Positions 1 through 12,489 of a DNA stretch of 64,000 nt are shown here, one piece after another. This DNA is from Ostrea edulis (lineage: Eukaryota). The DNA lies in the NCBI RefSeq assembly GCF_947568905.1, contig NC_079164.1, positions 1,984,001 through 2,048,000 of the forward strand. Reading direction: 5' to 3'. The notes under the pieces are model-generated. The model did not search any database and was not told the DNA's origin. It saw only the letters and a list, made by a program, of their open reading frames with translations. A program made the translations under genes and the position numbers. Positions within the stretch are counted from its first letter, which is position 1. Each line of letters opens with the position of its first letter.

Positions 1-206
1 GTGGAAAAAAACTTGAATTATTTACCAACTTCTGCTTGGTGTTGTCATCCAGATGGTCCTAAAAACTCTCTATATCTTGAGTCGAGTCCAGCGTCTTTCC
101 GTCTGGCAACAGGCTATCATTGGTTTCGGCATCAATATCAACAGTACTAATCAGGTGGATTTAATGGCTGTGATATCATTTTGAAGACTGTCAATCTTGG
201 ATATAA
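1..206 (-). pseudogene. Possible decayed exon of a DUF4806/BEN-like (transposon accessory) gene, running off the window edge
   Basis: Minus strand has an acceptor (tttctttttattatag) then ISKIDSLQNDITAIKST, a frameshift, and DIDAETNDSLLPDGKTLDSTQDIESF*DHLDDNTKQKLV, loosely like the LP..T.EEL..LE..L.D....KLV pattern of DUF4806. Resemblance judged from memory only. Confidence 0.25.
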
Positions 207-402
207 CTATAATAAAAAGAAACATATAATTCAACCAAATCAAATTCTATTTTATTCATAATAAAATAACCATGAATTTTCTGAAAGAACAAATTACTTT
301 ATACCAGTAATAAGTGACACGTATGTTGCAGGGGATACTGTTTCTGATCTCAATGCAGAAGCCAATTCTAAAATAAAACTATATAATGAGCATAATAAAA
401 GA

Positions 403-1160
403 TGAAGATAACGAACAGTGATCAATCTCATAACTCCTATAAGCAATACAAAATACAGTAGATAGTTGGGCAAACACGGACCCCTGGATATGCCAGAGGT
501 GGGATCAGATGCCTAGGAGGAGTAAGCATCCCCTGTCGACCGGTCACACCTGCCGTGAGCCCTATATCCTGATCAGGTAAACGGAGTTATTCGTAGTCAA
601 AATCAGTGTGCCAAGAACGGCCTAACAATCGGTATGAAACACGTCAGACAGCATTTGACACAATGATAGGTTGTATTGATGTAAAACTTATACGGTACCA
701 ATTTTGATGCACCAGATGCGCATTTCGACAAATAATGTCTCTTCAGTGATGCTCAACCGAAATGTTTGAAATCCGAAATAACTATGAAGTTTTAGAGCTA
801 AATATAGCCAAAACCAGCGTGCCAAAAAAGTGGAGCCAAATTCGTCCAAGGATAAGAGCTATGCATGAGGGAGATAATCCTTAATTTTGAAATGAATTTC
901 TAAATTTTATAACAGCAATTAAATATACATCCGTATTTTCAAGCTAGTAACGAAGTACTTAGCTACTGGGCTGTACAGACCCTCGGGGACTAACAGTCCA
1001 CCAGCAGAGGCCTCGATCCAGACTAGATTGTTAAAACGCCCATAGAATTTGCGAAATGCTGACTTCAATTGAGACTGTTGAAACCCCCGTACCATTAACT
1101 TCTTTGTCAGTAGCTTGCCTCGATTTAAAAACTGGCCATACGCAGAATAATTATCGATTT
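403..1160 (-). mobile_element. 3' fragment of the abundant Penelope-like (PLE) repeat, interrupted by a ~340-bp unrelated repeat (679-1021)
   Basis: Begins TGAAGATAACGAACAGTGATCAATCTCATAACTCC and matches (reverse complement) the sequence following the RT at 52760-53105. Compared with the copy at 16800-17200, extra sequence sits between gtattga and actagat. Confidence 0.8.
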
Positions 1161-1489
1161 TAGTTTGGCTGGGTACAAAATATCAATTTAAACAAAATAA
1201 AACTATTTTAATACATGCGTATTATATTAAATATGATTTACACCTGAATTGTCTGTCAGTGGTCTCACTGGTGATATGTGAGAAATATGTGGCAATGGTG
1301 AGATATATATCTACAGAGAGTAGGATTGAACTTAGTAAAATAACAATACATAAAAATCAATCATATCATTTTGGTATAATTTACCACATGCAATTTTTGT
1401 AGTTTTAGCATTGCGTCTTCTTTGTAAGTTTTGATAAGTGAACTGTAAAGAAGGTTGATGATAGCTCAAAAGATACAAAACTAAGAGAA

Positions 1490-1691
1490 TGGCAAACACG
1501 GACCACTGGACATACCAAAGGTGGAATGTGGTGCCTAGGAGGGGTAAGCATCACCTGTTGACCGGTAATACACGCCGTTAGCCCTGTATCTTCAACAGGT
1601 AAATGAAGTAATCCTTAGTCAAAATCAGTATGTAAAGAACGGCTTCACAATTGAAGATAACGAACAGTGTAAAGTGCAACTAGTCAGACAT

Positions 1692-1727
<36 letters not shown>

Positions 1728-2290
1728 GGGATCGGGGCGGTTCTTCGGGTGACATCACAAAATCTGAGGCCCCGTATTGCAGCATAAGTTTTGTAGCCCT
1801 TCACCGGGAATGGTGACATTTCCATATGAGTAAACAATTCTCGAGGTGATGTTAAATAATATACAACCAACCAATCTATCTACCACTCCCTCACATCATA
1901 TATTATCATTTCAAACTAGAAACTCAATAATACATGTATGTCACCAAATAAAAAATGAAAATAACAGTGATCAATCTCATAATTCCTCTAAAGAATACAA
2001 AAATAAGAGTTAGGCAAATATGGACCCTAAGACGTTCCATGTGGGATCAGGTGCTTTGAACATGTTGAAGGAATAAACAGCCCCTGTCGACCGGTCACAC
2101 CCGCCATGAACCCTATATCTTGATCAGGTAAACAGAGTAATCCGTAGCCAAAATCAGCGTGCCAAGAACGGAATAACAATTGTTATGAAACACGTCAGAC
2201 AACATTTGACCCAATGATATGGTGTATTGGCAAACTACATGTAGATCATTATAACGACCATAGAATTTGCGAAATGCTGACTTTAAACGA
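1490..2290 (-). mobile_element. Two further PLE 3' fragments (~1490-1695, ~1955-2290) with a (CT)14 microsatellite at 1696-1723
   Basis: Shared core ggcaaacacggacc...gtgggatcaggtgc...accggtcacacccgcc...gccaagaacgg. Confidence 0.75.
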
Positions 2291-2648
2291 TTTAAATAGC
2301 TTATTCAATGGATCACTGATATTCATCTAAGGGGAACACAGTTCATAGATATGCATGTATAGTAAAAATTTATTGCACATATTTAACAAAAACATATCAA
2401 CATTGATAAACCATTTCATGAACTGATAATGTTAAAAATCAGATATGTATTACTTCTGATAAAATAAATACGAACACATAGAATTTCGTAAACGTAACAA
2501 AGTCAGTTTATATTCATCACCGATGAGGTATGGTTTGAATCATGGTAACAATCTTGTCACTGTAGAACACTTCAAAGGAGAAGAGGACGACTCTTCCACA
2601 TCAACATTTGACTTTCATATTATACACACAGGGACGGGTGGTATATCT

Positions 2649-2803
2649 TCAGATGTATGTTCGGACTCTCGCCTTTATTCTGGTCCTACAAAATGGACAT
2701 AAGCAACACCTCTCTCCACATCTACGGCAGCAACAGATGTGAGTACAGGGAAAGAATAGGGTACATCGGTTCTCCCTGGCACAGACTACACAGGGTCCAA
2801 TAA
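2649..2803 (-). CDS. IAP-A terminal RING exon (not in ORF track)
   Basis: ttttcag acceptor, then IGPCVVCARENRCTLFFPCTHICCCRRCGERCCLCPFCRTRIKARVRTYI*, a C3HC4 RING at the extreme C-terminus. Confidence 0.85.
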
Positions 2804-5800
2804 CTGAAAATATAATATACTCGAGATATTTAAAGATTTTCTCCTACCTGTTCTAAAATCGTGCCATTTTTATGGTCATCAATGCACTTTACATCTTCGT
2901 ATGTCAAATTGTTATTTCACAGGTACTCCCACCTTCCCCTTGGCGGAACAGATCCTATTTTATAAATATTTCCATCAAAAAATTATCTTTCCGGGATATC
3001 CAATGAAAGCACATTTTCGATATCAATTTGTAATCAATTATATACTACAATTAATGTACCATTGCCGGAAGGATAGATGGCGCTGCACGCAGTGAAATAA
3101 GGGATCTCGTGGGAAGTATCCAAACTCATAGTAAAGTGTACCTTTGGATTATGGCTTTTAACTTGTTCCTTATGATTTCCAGTGATTGCATTGGTTGATA
3201 TTTGAAAGAACTTACCTTTATATTAATATAATGACGAAACAGAAGGGAAAATTTCATCAAGTCATCCTAGATACATTCAATGGAAAATTGTAACAACAAC
3301 AACACGCACCCTAAAACTGCCTTATCGCCTATATCATAAGATGAATTTTATTTAAAAGAATCAGAAACGGCCAATATCTGGTGGGATATTTATGGTTTTA
3401 AATCAACATTTGATTGTTTGAGGAACGATAAAGAGGGCAATAGGGGAAGATAAACAAGAATAGGACTTCATGAAAGGTAGAAGATAACGACCAGTGATCA
3501 ATGAAAGGTGAAGATATCGACCAGTGATCAATGAAAGGTGAAGATAATAAACAGTGATCAATGAAAGGTGAAGATATCGACCAATGATCAATGAAAGGTG
3601 AAGATAATGAACAGTGATCAATGAAAGGTGAAGATATCAGGATCAGGATCAGGATGCTATAAAGAACCATTAGGGAGATGTTAGGAAACAAATATGCCAC
3701 TTCGTATGATAAGACATGAAAAATAGACTCAACAAAGGTATCACCCTAAGGACGATTCATTATACAAATATTCTTTGATCCACTCAGTTAGATCGATATG
3801 CAAGATGAGTATGCGAGTGTATCTATCCTCAAATTGGATTTAGATTGTGTTTGACTCTATATCTTAAAAGTCAGTGAAAGGCAAGTTTGTATTATCCGTA
3901 AAATGTCAACAATCATTATCAACACATCGTTGGAAGTAGACCTCGGGTAATTAACACTCTCAAAATGCCTAGAAAGGAGACACAAATTTAAAAAAAAAGA
4001 TATCTTATTACAGTGAAACTTGCGTAATCCGGACATGTTTGGCACCAGGAAAACTCTTCAGATTAGACAACGACCAAAATGCAGAATTCGTGTTCTTAGA
4101 TATTAAAATTGGCGTCGAAATAGGTGTACGGTCTACATTCCATATTGGGTAGCACAATATCCGCATTACACACGCTTCACTGGTAAGTAATTATATCAAC
4201 ACAGAGAACGACAATAATCCTTACTGTCACAATCGGGAAATTCAACAGCACCATCTTTGAATAAATACTTCATAATCTCCAAGGCAGTGATTTCTTGCAA
4301 ACCTGAGTAAATAAGACAATCGTATCAAATTATACAGATATGTACATATGCGAATCTCCGCGGCCCTTTCATTGCTTGACATTTTGATAGATCTGCTTTT
4401 CTAGGGAATTGGGAAGAACAAATTTGACTTATTCTTTATTTCTTCACATACATGTAGGTAGTTTGGGCACTTATACAGCGGCGGTTCAGGATCGATGCTA
4501 TAAAGAAAATGGCGTCGTCGCGTCAGTTGCAACGTATGGATCCAAAATGAAAGCAACAACTTCCAATTTATTAATAGGTTATTATATTTAAACTAACTAT
4601 TCTTTGTGGTATACTATCCCTTTAATCGTAAAAATTTGTTCATTCCTCGAGGAGGTGATATTTACGAGTTCTGTATTTGGTGAATGTCGATGGTGTCCAT
4701 GTTGTCGGAATTTTTTGGTCGAGACCTGTTGTGGTATTTCTCAAATTGGCGCATTTTCTCATCTCTTTTTATAAACACCTAATAGATACCGTTACAATGT
4801 ATGACGAGGACACTTCAGAGGATGTGAGTGATAAATCGGTTGATGTGATTTAATCAAAATTGCAAGAGGACCTTATGCTGGGTGTAGAATGGATGCTTAA
4901 AAATAAACTCAGTATAAATCTTCAAAAATCACAATGTATGCTTATTGGCACGTCTCAAAGGTTACGGAAATGTCGAATATTAAATATAGATTTTAATGGT
5001 GTACAAATTGAATTTGTGAAGCAGGCTAAACTATTAGGTGTTTATAGAGATAACACTTTATCATGGGATGCACACGTGGAGTTTATTTCAAAGAAAATTG
5101 TACGAAAACTTGCTGTACTTAAGAAAGTGAGTTATTTTATGCCACCAAATGCACGTTCGGTTGGCATTTTTAAAGCTGTGTATTTAATGGAATATTTTCA
5201 TAGAAGTAGCACTTAAACATCGTGCTTTCCTCTTTTTGTTCAGGTGTGCCAAATGTAGTTGTGATATGATACTGTGTGTGCGTGTCTTGTGCTATTTTTT
5301 TTTTTTTTTTTACTTTTTTGTCATGCAAAGTGAAGATAACGAACAGTGATCAATCTCATAACTCCTACAAGCAATACAAAATAGATAATTGGGCAAACAC
5401 GGACCCCTGGACACACCAGAGGTGGGATCAGGTGCCTAGGAGGAGTAAGCATCCCCTGTTGACCGGTCACACCCGCCGTGAGCCCCATATCCTGATCAGG
5501 TAAACGGAGTTATCCGCAGTCAAATCAGTGTGCCAAGAACGGCTTAACAATCGGTATGAAACATGTATTGATATTTAGGTTAAAAAAAAATATCACTAAT
5601 TTATGGTGTCCGGATAGGGGCATTTGCAAAAGCGTGACTGCGAGTTGGTCACAACACGTGTTGTGACTAACACGCAGTCACGCTTTTGCAAATGCCCCTA
5701 TCCGGACACCATATTAATTAGGTGTGTCTTATGCTATATGTTTCCCCTTTTCCTTTTATATCGTATTCATGTTTAGATACTAATGTTAGATGTTAATTTT

Positions 5801-7070
5801 ATATGTTTATGTTTTAATGCAGGACCACAATGGAAAATAGCTATATGATAATTTGTGTTATTATTATTATTGAAATTATTCAGACGCCGATTTGTTTATG
5901 GTAATATGATCCGCCTTTACAGCTGTAACGTCGCCATAGCTCTACTGATTAGTGGCGAACCTGTCTCATTGTACTTCATCTTGTGAGGAGTGCAAACAAA
6001 AGACAACGGAGATACATTAGAACTTGGGAGGAAACATACGTAACCTCGAAGTAAACGCGATATCTTATCCTGCGTGAATGAAACTAAATTAGTACTTACG
6101 AATATGTCGGATGAGGTCATCAACTGCATTGTTCACATCGGATATATTAAATCCAAATTGCACTACTTTCCTCCTGATTTCCGTAGAAACGATGGCAGAT
6201 CCGTCTCTAGGTGATTCGTGTACTGAAGGAATGTACTTGAAACAGAAAAATTACACGTGGAAATGCTCACACGACACACATAACAGAAGATAACTATTTA
6301 ACATTCTAAGGATCATAACATGCATCAAAATAAAAAAAATCCTAATATATGTACCTCCTGAAAACATTCCTTAATGAACGGACAATCAGGAAACCATCGT
6401 AAATGTTCATGAAAAGGTATGTCTGTTGATTCCCATTTACCCAATTCTCCTCCACAAAATGCGCACCTAACTCTATCACCTACACCAGTGTAGTAAAATC
6501 CAGCAGATGACATCTCTACTGGACGCTGTGCAATCTGTGAAGGCCAGTACGTGAATGTACTTAACCTATCAGTAAATCTATGGAATGTGCTGCTCTGGAG
6601 AACTGATCTGCTTATACTGACTGGGACACCGCTTGTAAAGGAATCCTCATTTATGTGCGGTGGATGTTGATTACCATGAGTGAGTGGACTCCCTGGTGTC
6701 TCAAACTGATTCTCCGGGACCTCTTCAATGATTAATCCACCAGACAGTTGGCTTGTGCTCATGGGAGGCTCTTCTCGAGGGACTGGTGTATTTCTATAGT
6801 CCATTCCCTGAGCACAATCAGGCTCGTGACTTATTTCGCAGCTCCAGTCAGAGTGTGTAGAACCACAGAAATAGCAGCGACACTCCCTGCCTTGTCCGGT
6901 ATAGTAATATCCACATCTTGCTAGCCGAAGTGTGCTGACTAATGCACCGTCTGGGAATTGTGAAAAGAAGCAATTCGAATCCATTCGAACTGCAAAGACG
7001 GGGAGGAATCACAGGTGCCATTATTCGTGTGCTGAAAAAAGTGTCCTGGTAATCTTTGCTGACAGGACAT
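2649..7070 (-). CDS. IAP-A: BIR-BIR-UBA-RING inhibitor of apoptosis with a 1-nt frameshift near 6956 (possible pseudogene or assembly error)
   Basis: Model: complement(join(2649..2803,6100..6235,6355..7070)). Exon 1 has a truncated BIR and a canonical BIR (CAFC-x16-H-x6-C) and ends GAG/gtacat (phase 0). Exon 6100-6235 is UBA-like (IRRKVVQFGFNISDVNNAVDDLIRHI, phase 0 to 1). The terminal exon is an IAP-type RING. Phases match the paralogs. Confidence 0.8.
3470..3638. repeat. 30-bp tandem repeat (5.5 copies) derived from the PLE terminus
   Basis: Unit atgaaaggtgaagata(t/a)cga(c/a)cagtgatca equals the PLE end seen at 16799-16828. Confidence 0.85.
4745..5160 (+). mobile_element. Decayed LINE (CR1/L2-like) reverse transcriptase C-terminal fragment
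   Basis: Degenerate YADDT (MYDEDT) followed by WMLKNKLSINLQKSQCML...KLLGV..DNTLSWDAHVEFISKKI..KLAVL, typical of the LINE RT thumb region. Confidence 0.75.
5330..5565 (-). mobile_element. PLE 3' fragment in IAP-A intron
   Basis: Near-consensus TGAAGATAACGAACAGTGATCAATC...ATCGGTATGAAAC. Confidence 0.85.
5604..5711. mobile_element. 108-bp near-perfect palindrome flanked by TA (fold-back MITE, Tc1/mariner-like target)
   Basis: ta-TGGTGTCCGGATAGGGGCATTTGCAAAAGCGTGACTGCG...CGCAGTCACGCTTTTGCAAATGCCCCTATCCGGACACCA-ta; the centre is also palindromic with about two mismatches. Confidence 0.75.
6100..6235 (-). CDS. IAP-A UBA-like exon (not in ORF track)
   Basis: tttctgtttcaag / 136 nt / gtaagt; encodes YIPSVHESPRDGSAIVSTEIRRKVVQFGFNISDVNNAVDDLIRHI; size and phase match the 139-nt exon of IAP-C. 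Confidence 0.75.
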
Positions 7071-8965
7071 GCTTGTTCTATTGGTGAGAGAAAAATAAAC
7101 TCCGATGATTATTTCATGAAAGGAGGTCCACATATCACCGTGGCACACGTCCAGAATATATGAGAGTGATTTGAATTAGATATCTAAACAGTTATATCAT
7201 AGAACACTGAATTCGAATCATCTTCCTTGTTTATAAAAACACTTGTCGGATACTGGTATTTCATTATTTGATAAGTTTTACATGATAAACATGTAAAGGT
7301 TTGTATTAGTGAAAACAGTGTTTCCTACTGTCATGTATCTATTATTCAATGAACATAAACAAATGAACCAATTAAAGTGATATTTTTGGGATTTGTGAAA
7401 TCACTTTAAAACATCAGAGATAAACTATTCATATTATACTTCATCGATTTGATACATTTCAAACGTATATTAAAGGAACACTATTATGTACATGCATGTA
7501 GGCTCCCCGTCAAAATAAAGACAAGTGGTTATTAATTCTTGGCCAAGCGCCAGATATTAGAAGCGAAATTTAACAAGCAAAACTTTAGGTAGTAAATAAT
7601 ATATTTGACTTACTAGTAATGGATTATTGCAGGATAAACATAACACAATTTGCAATCATCTTGAAGTATGAGATGTTACGGTTTGAGTAGACAATGTGAA
7701 GCCCTGCCTTTTTGTCACAGTGTCGGACCACGTGTCCTACATGTACATTCAATCTAATAAAATCAGTAGGTGTTAGCTGCCATCGGTGCATGAGTACCCT
7801 TCTGTTTGCAGAGAATGAATTTACAGAATCAGTCAAACCATTAATTTTTTAGAGTCGTTGAAAATTAGTTGACCTACAGCCAGAATCCATGTGCGGTGTA
7901 TTTATCATTTTTAGGGTGGTTAATTTCTTCCGAATGACATATCGGATGTCGATCCCAATGCAAAATTATAACACGAACCCGACGAAAAATTGATTATCAT
8001 TATGAATCAAAATTCAAATAAACTTTTATAACTAATCAGGGACAGAGCCGGGATCTGTTAGGGGTAAGAAATTGATTAGGCAGGAGGTTTCGGGTTTAAG
8101 GGGAAGCCCCCAGTTCTAAGCTACTGCATGGTAGGAATTAAGTCCTCCGGGTAGATATTTTCTCTATTTCTTGTCGTCATTAATAATCATCAGAATTGCA
8201 TTTTAGACAGTCTTGAAAATATTAATATTTCGCCTGTTTTTTTCCTGGTGTGTTAATTATGTATGTAATGTACTGTCCCATGTGCTCATGATTACAACAG
8301 GACGGCTCGAAGTTCCGAGAGCAGATAGCTAAGATTCAGAGAGCCCAAACTGGATTCTCGTTCTGGTCTGGTAAAGAATGCATTGATCGGGGAAAATCTA
8401 ACATTTCATTGGGGGGAATGTGGAATTTAGACGGTCTTGAACACCCCTGGACAGCAGTAGCGGGTCCAGAATTTCCGAAAGGGTGGGGGATGGGGGCAGA
8501 AGTGAAACTCAAGTAATAGCCAAAATACTCAGCCATTATAGGTGCCAAAGATGGAGTCTTACTCACATTAGTTCTAATCTTGTGGCGAAAAAAAGGGGGA
8601 CCCTAAATCCGCTACTGCACAGGTATCTGGGATGGGAGAGCACCTGACCAGAGATTCGGAGGCCCCGGGTTTATATGGTTTTGAGTAGAGAATGTTACAT
8701 GCTAAAATGTGTCATATCAGCCTGAGTGGCCCCATATTAACCCGAATAAATGCCTTTATCACAGGCCTAAAACGCTTTCTGCAGTACGGTTAGTTGGTGT
8801 CCACACATCCACACTGACGAAGCTAAATAAGTCACTAAATGTAGCTGATGATACTACTCTAATGAGGGGAACACGTCTTAGAAACAAATAAGTGTAGTAC
8901 ACGTCTGTTGCACAATTTTTTTTATCATGACTAAATTAAATGTTAAATTAGACTAGACACTTGAT

Positions 8966-9372
8966 CCCACTTCTGATGTGTCCAGGGGTGTGTGTTTGCC
9001 CACCTATCTATTTTGTATTGCATATGGGATTTATGAGATTGATCACTGTTCGTTATCTTCACCTTTTATCCACGGAAGGAATAATTGTGAGTACAGGGAA
9101 AGAATAGGTTCTCCCTGACACAGACGACACAGGGTCCGATAACTGAAAATGATACATTCAAAATATTTCACGATTTTCTCCTACGTCTTTTCAACTCATC
9201 GAAGATGAAGATAACGAACAGTGTTCAATCTCATAACTCCTGTAAACAATAGAAAATAGAGAGTTGGGCAAACACGGACCCCTGGATATACCAAAGGTGG
9301 GATCTGGTGCCAAGGGGGAGTAAGCATTACCTATCTACCAGTCACACCCGCCGTGAGGCTTATATCTTGATC
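8966..9372. mobile_element. Two oppositely oriented PLE fragments (8966-9066 and 9205-9372) bracketing the IAP-B RING relic
   Basis: Both match the PLE terminus, one in each orientation. Confidence 0.75.
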
Positions 9373-9682
9373 TGACAGGTATAAGTTACTTTTTATGAAA
9401 ATTAAGTTCGTTCCCTTAGGGGATGGTACATTTCTATAGTCTGTTCCCTGAGTGCAACTAGGCAGGTGAATTATTTAGCAGCTCCAGTCAGTGTGTGTAG
9501 TACCACAGAAATAGCAACGACACCCACATCTTGCTAGCCGACTAGTTGACTAATGCACCATCTGAGAGATTGTGAAAGGAAGCAACCCCACTCCATTCGA
9601 ATCGAAAAGACCAGAATGGATCACAGGCGCCATTGTTCATCTGTTCAAAAATGTTTTCTGGTGATCCTTGCTGACGGGACAT
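9086..9682 (-). pseudogene. IAP-B: collapsed relic duplicate of IAP-A
   Basis: 9415-9682 aligns to the IAP-A start (MSRQQ...FEWSGVASFHN) but has a TAG at 9542-9544 and a 27-nt deletion removing YYYTGQGRE. 9086-9142 aligns to the IAP-A RING exon (9-nt deletion, truncated) with its acceptor and upstream intron. BIR2 and the UBA exon are absent. Upstream cggatgtcgatcccaatgcaaa occurs at both ~7943 and ~9952. Confidence 0.85.
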
Positions 9683-10513
9683 GTTATGTGATTTAAAAAA
9701 AAATAAATTCCAATGAATTGTTGAAGGATTTCCGGGATTTATCTCTCCTGATTTATTTGACATTGATCCACCACGTATTTGATGTTAAATCAAATAATAT
9801 CAGTTTTATTGTTCATCGCTGCAAGAATACCTCTCTGTTTACTGACAGTGACTCTGTTGTATCTGCCTAGATATGTTGGGGTTTTTTTACTCAAGGAAAA
9901 TTAGTTAAAACTGTTCTTATTTGCTCTGTTTCTGTCTTTCCAATGTTTATCGGATGTCGATCCCAATGCAAATTCATCGTTTACGTTTGTAACATGAACT
10001 GTACTAAAAATTAGTTCTAATCATTTTCGCTTGACAAAGTTAAAATTTAACACCAATCGTATAAAGTATGTTTTAATATAATCATTATTACTGTTCTACT
10101 ACAACACACAGCGGTATTGATTCATTCATATCAGAATATTTCTCAGATTTGTTTTAATTACATTATGAATTTATATAAAATAACTATTACTTAATTGGAA
10201 AAAAGTCTTAGAAAACAAATTCTCACCAAACTTTAAACACCCCTGCCCAAACTGAAATTTATTAACCCTGTAGTATAAACAGTAGACTTGCTCAAGTCTC
10301 TATGTTGTTTTTATTACTTTATCATTTCGTTCAAATTTTTCTGTGTTTCAGAAGTCTAAATATCTGCTCTCTACCATACTTAATGTCACCAAACATAGAG
10401 ACTTGTAAACCCTGCACAGGGCTTATCAGGCTCCTAACTAAATCTGCCATCATGTATCCCTCTGTAGGGTGTTTTGTGACCTTTCCCCAAATCAAAATGT
10501 TTTAGTTTAGCTG

Positions 10514-10700
10514 TAGACTTGCTCAAGTCTCTATGTTTAATAATCATTGCTCTCTTTAATACTTTTTAATAATGCCAAACATATCTATGTTTGGTGACAT
10601 TAAGTATGGTAGAGAGCAGATATTTAGACTTCTGAAACACAGAAAAATTTGAACGAAATGATAAAGTAATAAAAACAACATAGAGACTTGAGCAAGTCTA
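10514..10700. mobile_element. 187-bp deletion derivative of the same MULE-like family, nested in inverted orientation
   Basis: Same TIR; own 9-bp TSD GTTTAGCTG at 10505-10513 and 10701-10709. Confidence 0.8.
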
Positions 10701-10779
10701 GTTTAGCTGTTGCATTCCTAGTGTTTCCATATGGTCAATTCACATGGCAGTTTCTACACTGTGAAAGTTTTTCAGTTTT

Positions 10780-11770
10780 ATTAGGTCACCTTAGTAAACT
10801 CGGGTGACCTATTGCAACTGCTCTGCGTCCATTGTGCGTTAATAGCTACCATTCCAATTCTTTCCAAATTTGGTATGAAGCATCCTTGGGACTTGGGGGA
10901 CATAAATTGTAATTTTCAGGACTCCTACACCTCTGGGGCCTTAGGACAGGGCAAAAATTGGCCAATTTTCAAAAACTCTTCTCTAGAACACCACACATGT
11001 GTAAAAAAAAACAAACAAACAAACTAAACGCATTATGATATAGATCAGGAAAGACTTTACCAAAACTGGAAATTTCATCATCCCTGGGATAGAGTTTCTG
11101 ACCCCAGGGAAGGGTCAAACGTGATATAGTGTTTATGTGTAAAACGCTTAGATAACATCTTCTTTTGTGCTATTGATACTAAATTGTAACTAAATTGGCA
11201 TTTAGAAAGAAAGGTAGTCCTTTACCAAAATTGTAAATTTGATGATCTCAGGGGGTAGGGGTTTTGGTATCAGAGTGGGGCCAAAATGGTCAGTTATTAA
11301 ATGTGTGAAAAATAGAACTGTTTTAACTTCTTCTTGATAACTACTGTTTGGTATGAAGCATCTTCGGGACATGACGTAAAACATCAATCAATCTTCAGGA
11401 CAAGGGGGGCATAAATTGTAAATTGCATGATTCTAGATGGTAAGGGTTTGGTTTCATGGTGGAGCCAAAATTACTATAGTGATTATTGTTTTTATCACTT
11501 GAAGGAATTCTTTAAGTTTACTGATGTAGTATAAGAATTGCATAATTTGGAAAAGCAGAAAAGAATGTACAAAAAATGGTGAATTTTGCAAAGTTATTCC
11601 AAGGATCATCAAAGACAGCATATTTTGTGTTAATTGAGATATTACTTGCACATTGACATAAATCCAGACACTCATACTGATAAAGTTTGCCTTAAGTGTG
11701 CAAGAGAAGTCAATAAGGTGAATAGGAAGTATGTTGCAACCCTATGGACATGGAACATCTAAGAGATTAG
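10780..11770 (+). mobile_element. Helentron-type non-autonomous element (HINE) fragment nested in the MULE-like element
   Basis: ttttattaggtcacc...gggtgacc hairpin start and internal units (tttggtatgaagcatc...ggggcataaattgtaaatt) shared with 33665-34080 and 44800-47155. Confidence 0.6.
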
Positions 11771-12489
11771 TTTCTGGTTGAATTTTAAACCACTTATAGA
11801 CAACTGATTTAATTCTTATGATATGGCTTTAGAAGATTAGATATTTCCGTGTTCATTTTAATTCAGAGAAGTTTTAATTGTTCAACTTTGTAACATTTTG
11901 GAAATCCCCATAGCCATACATCACCTGTCAACTTATCAGCGATTCTGCAGCACCACACTGCAGCATTGTAATATGTTCCTTTACGACAATATTCTGGTCA
12001 GTGATTTTGCAGGGTTTACAAGTCTCTATGTTTGGCATTATTAAAAAGTATTAAAGAGAGCAATGATTATTAAACATAGAGACTTGAGCAAGTCTATATA
12101 AACAGTATCGTGGTTATTGGTTTACATTTAAATGATTTCAGGTAAGCCACAACGAGTAGTGCTTGTATGACACGCGTATATAATATCCGATGAATGAAAT
12201 GTAACCGCATGAGTAATGCGCCGTACATCCCATTCAATAAATGTTTTAAAACTTTTAAATGTTTAACACACCCGACCTTGATCTGGATTGACTTCCTTAT
12301 AATAAACTCACTGACGATTTTATATTGTTTTATGTTCGAATCAAAGAAATAGTGGCGGATCTTATATTAAAACAAGACCTTGTGACTAGGATTTACAGAG
12401 ATAAGCTACTGACGAATAAGTTGATGTTACTGGAGTTTTAACAGTCTCGTTGAAAGTCAGTATTTGGCAAATTTCATGGACAATGACGT

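Larger units (their letters stand above)
10283..12096. mobile_element. Non-autonomous MULE-like TIR element with 9-bp TSD
   Basis: TIR TAGACTTGCTCAAGTCTCTATGTT at both ends; TSD TATAAACAG at 10274-10282 and 12097-12105. Confidence 0.8.

Noticed and set aside
5961-6070. Candidate third exon of IAP-A (homologue of the 78-nt exon)
   Set aside because: No acceptor/donor pair gives a convincing phase-1/phase-1 exon; exon 2 can splice in frame directly to the RING exon. Left unresolved.
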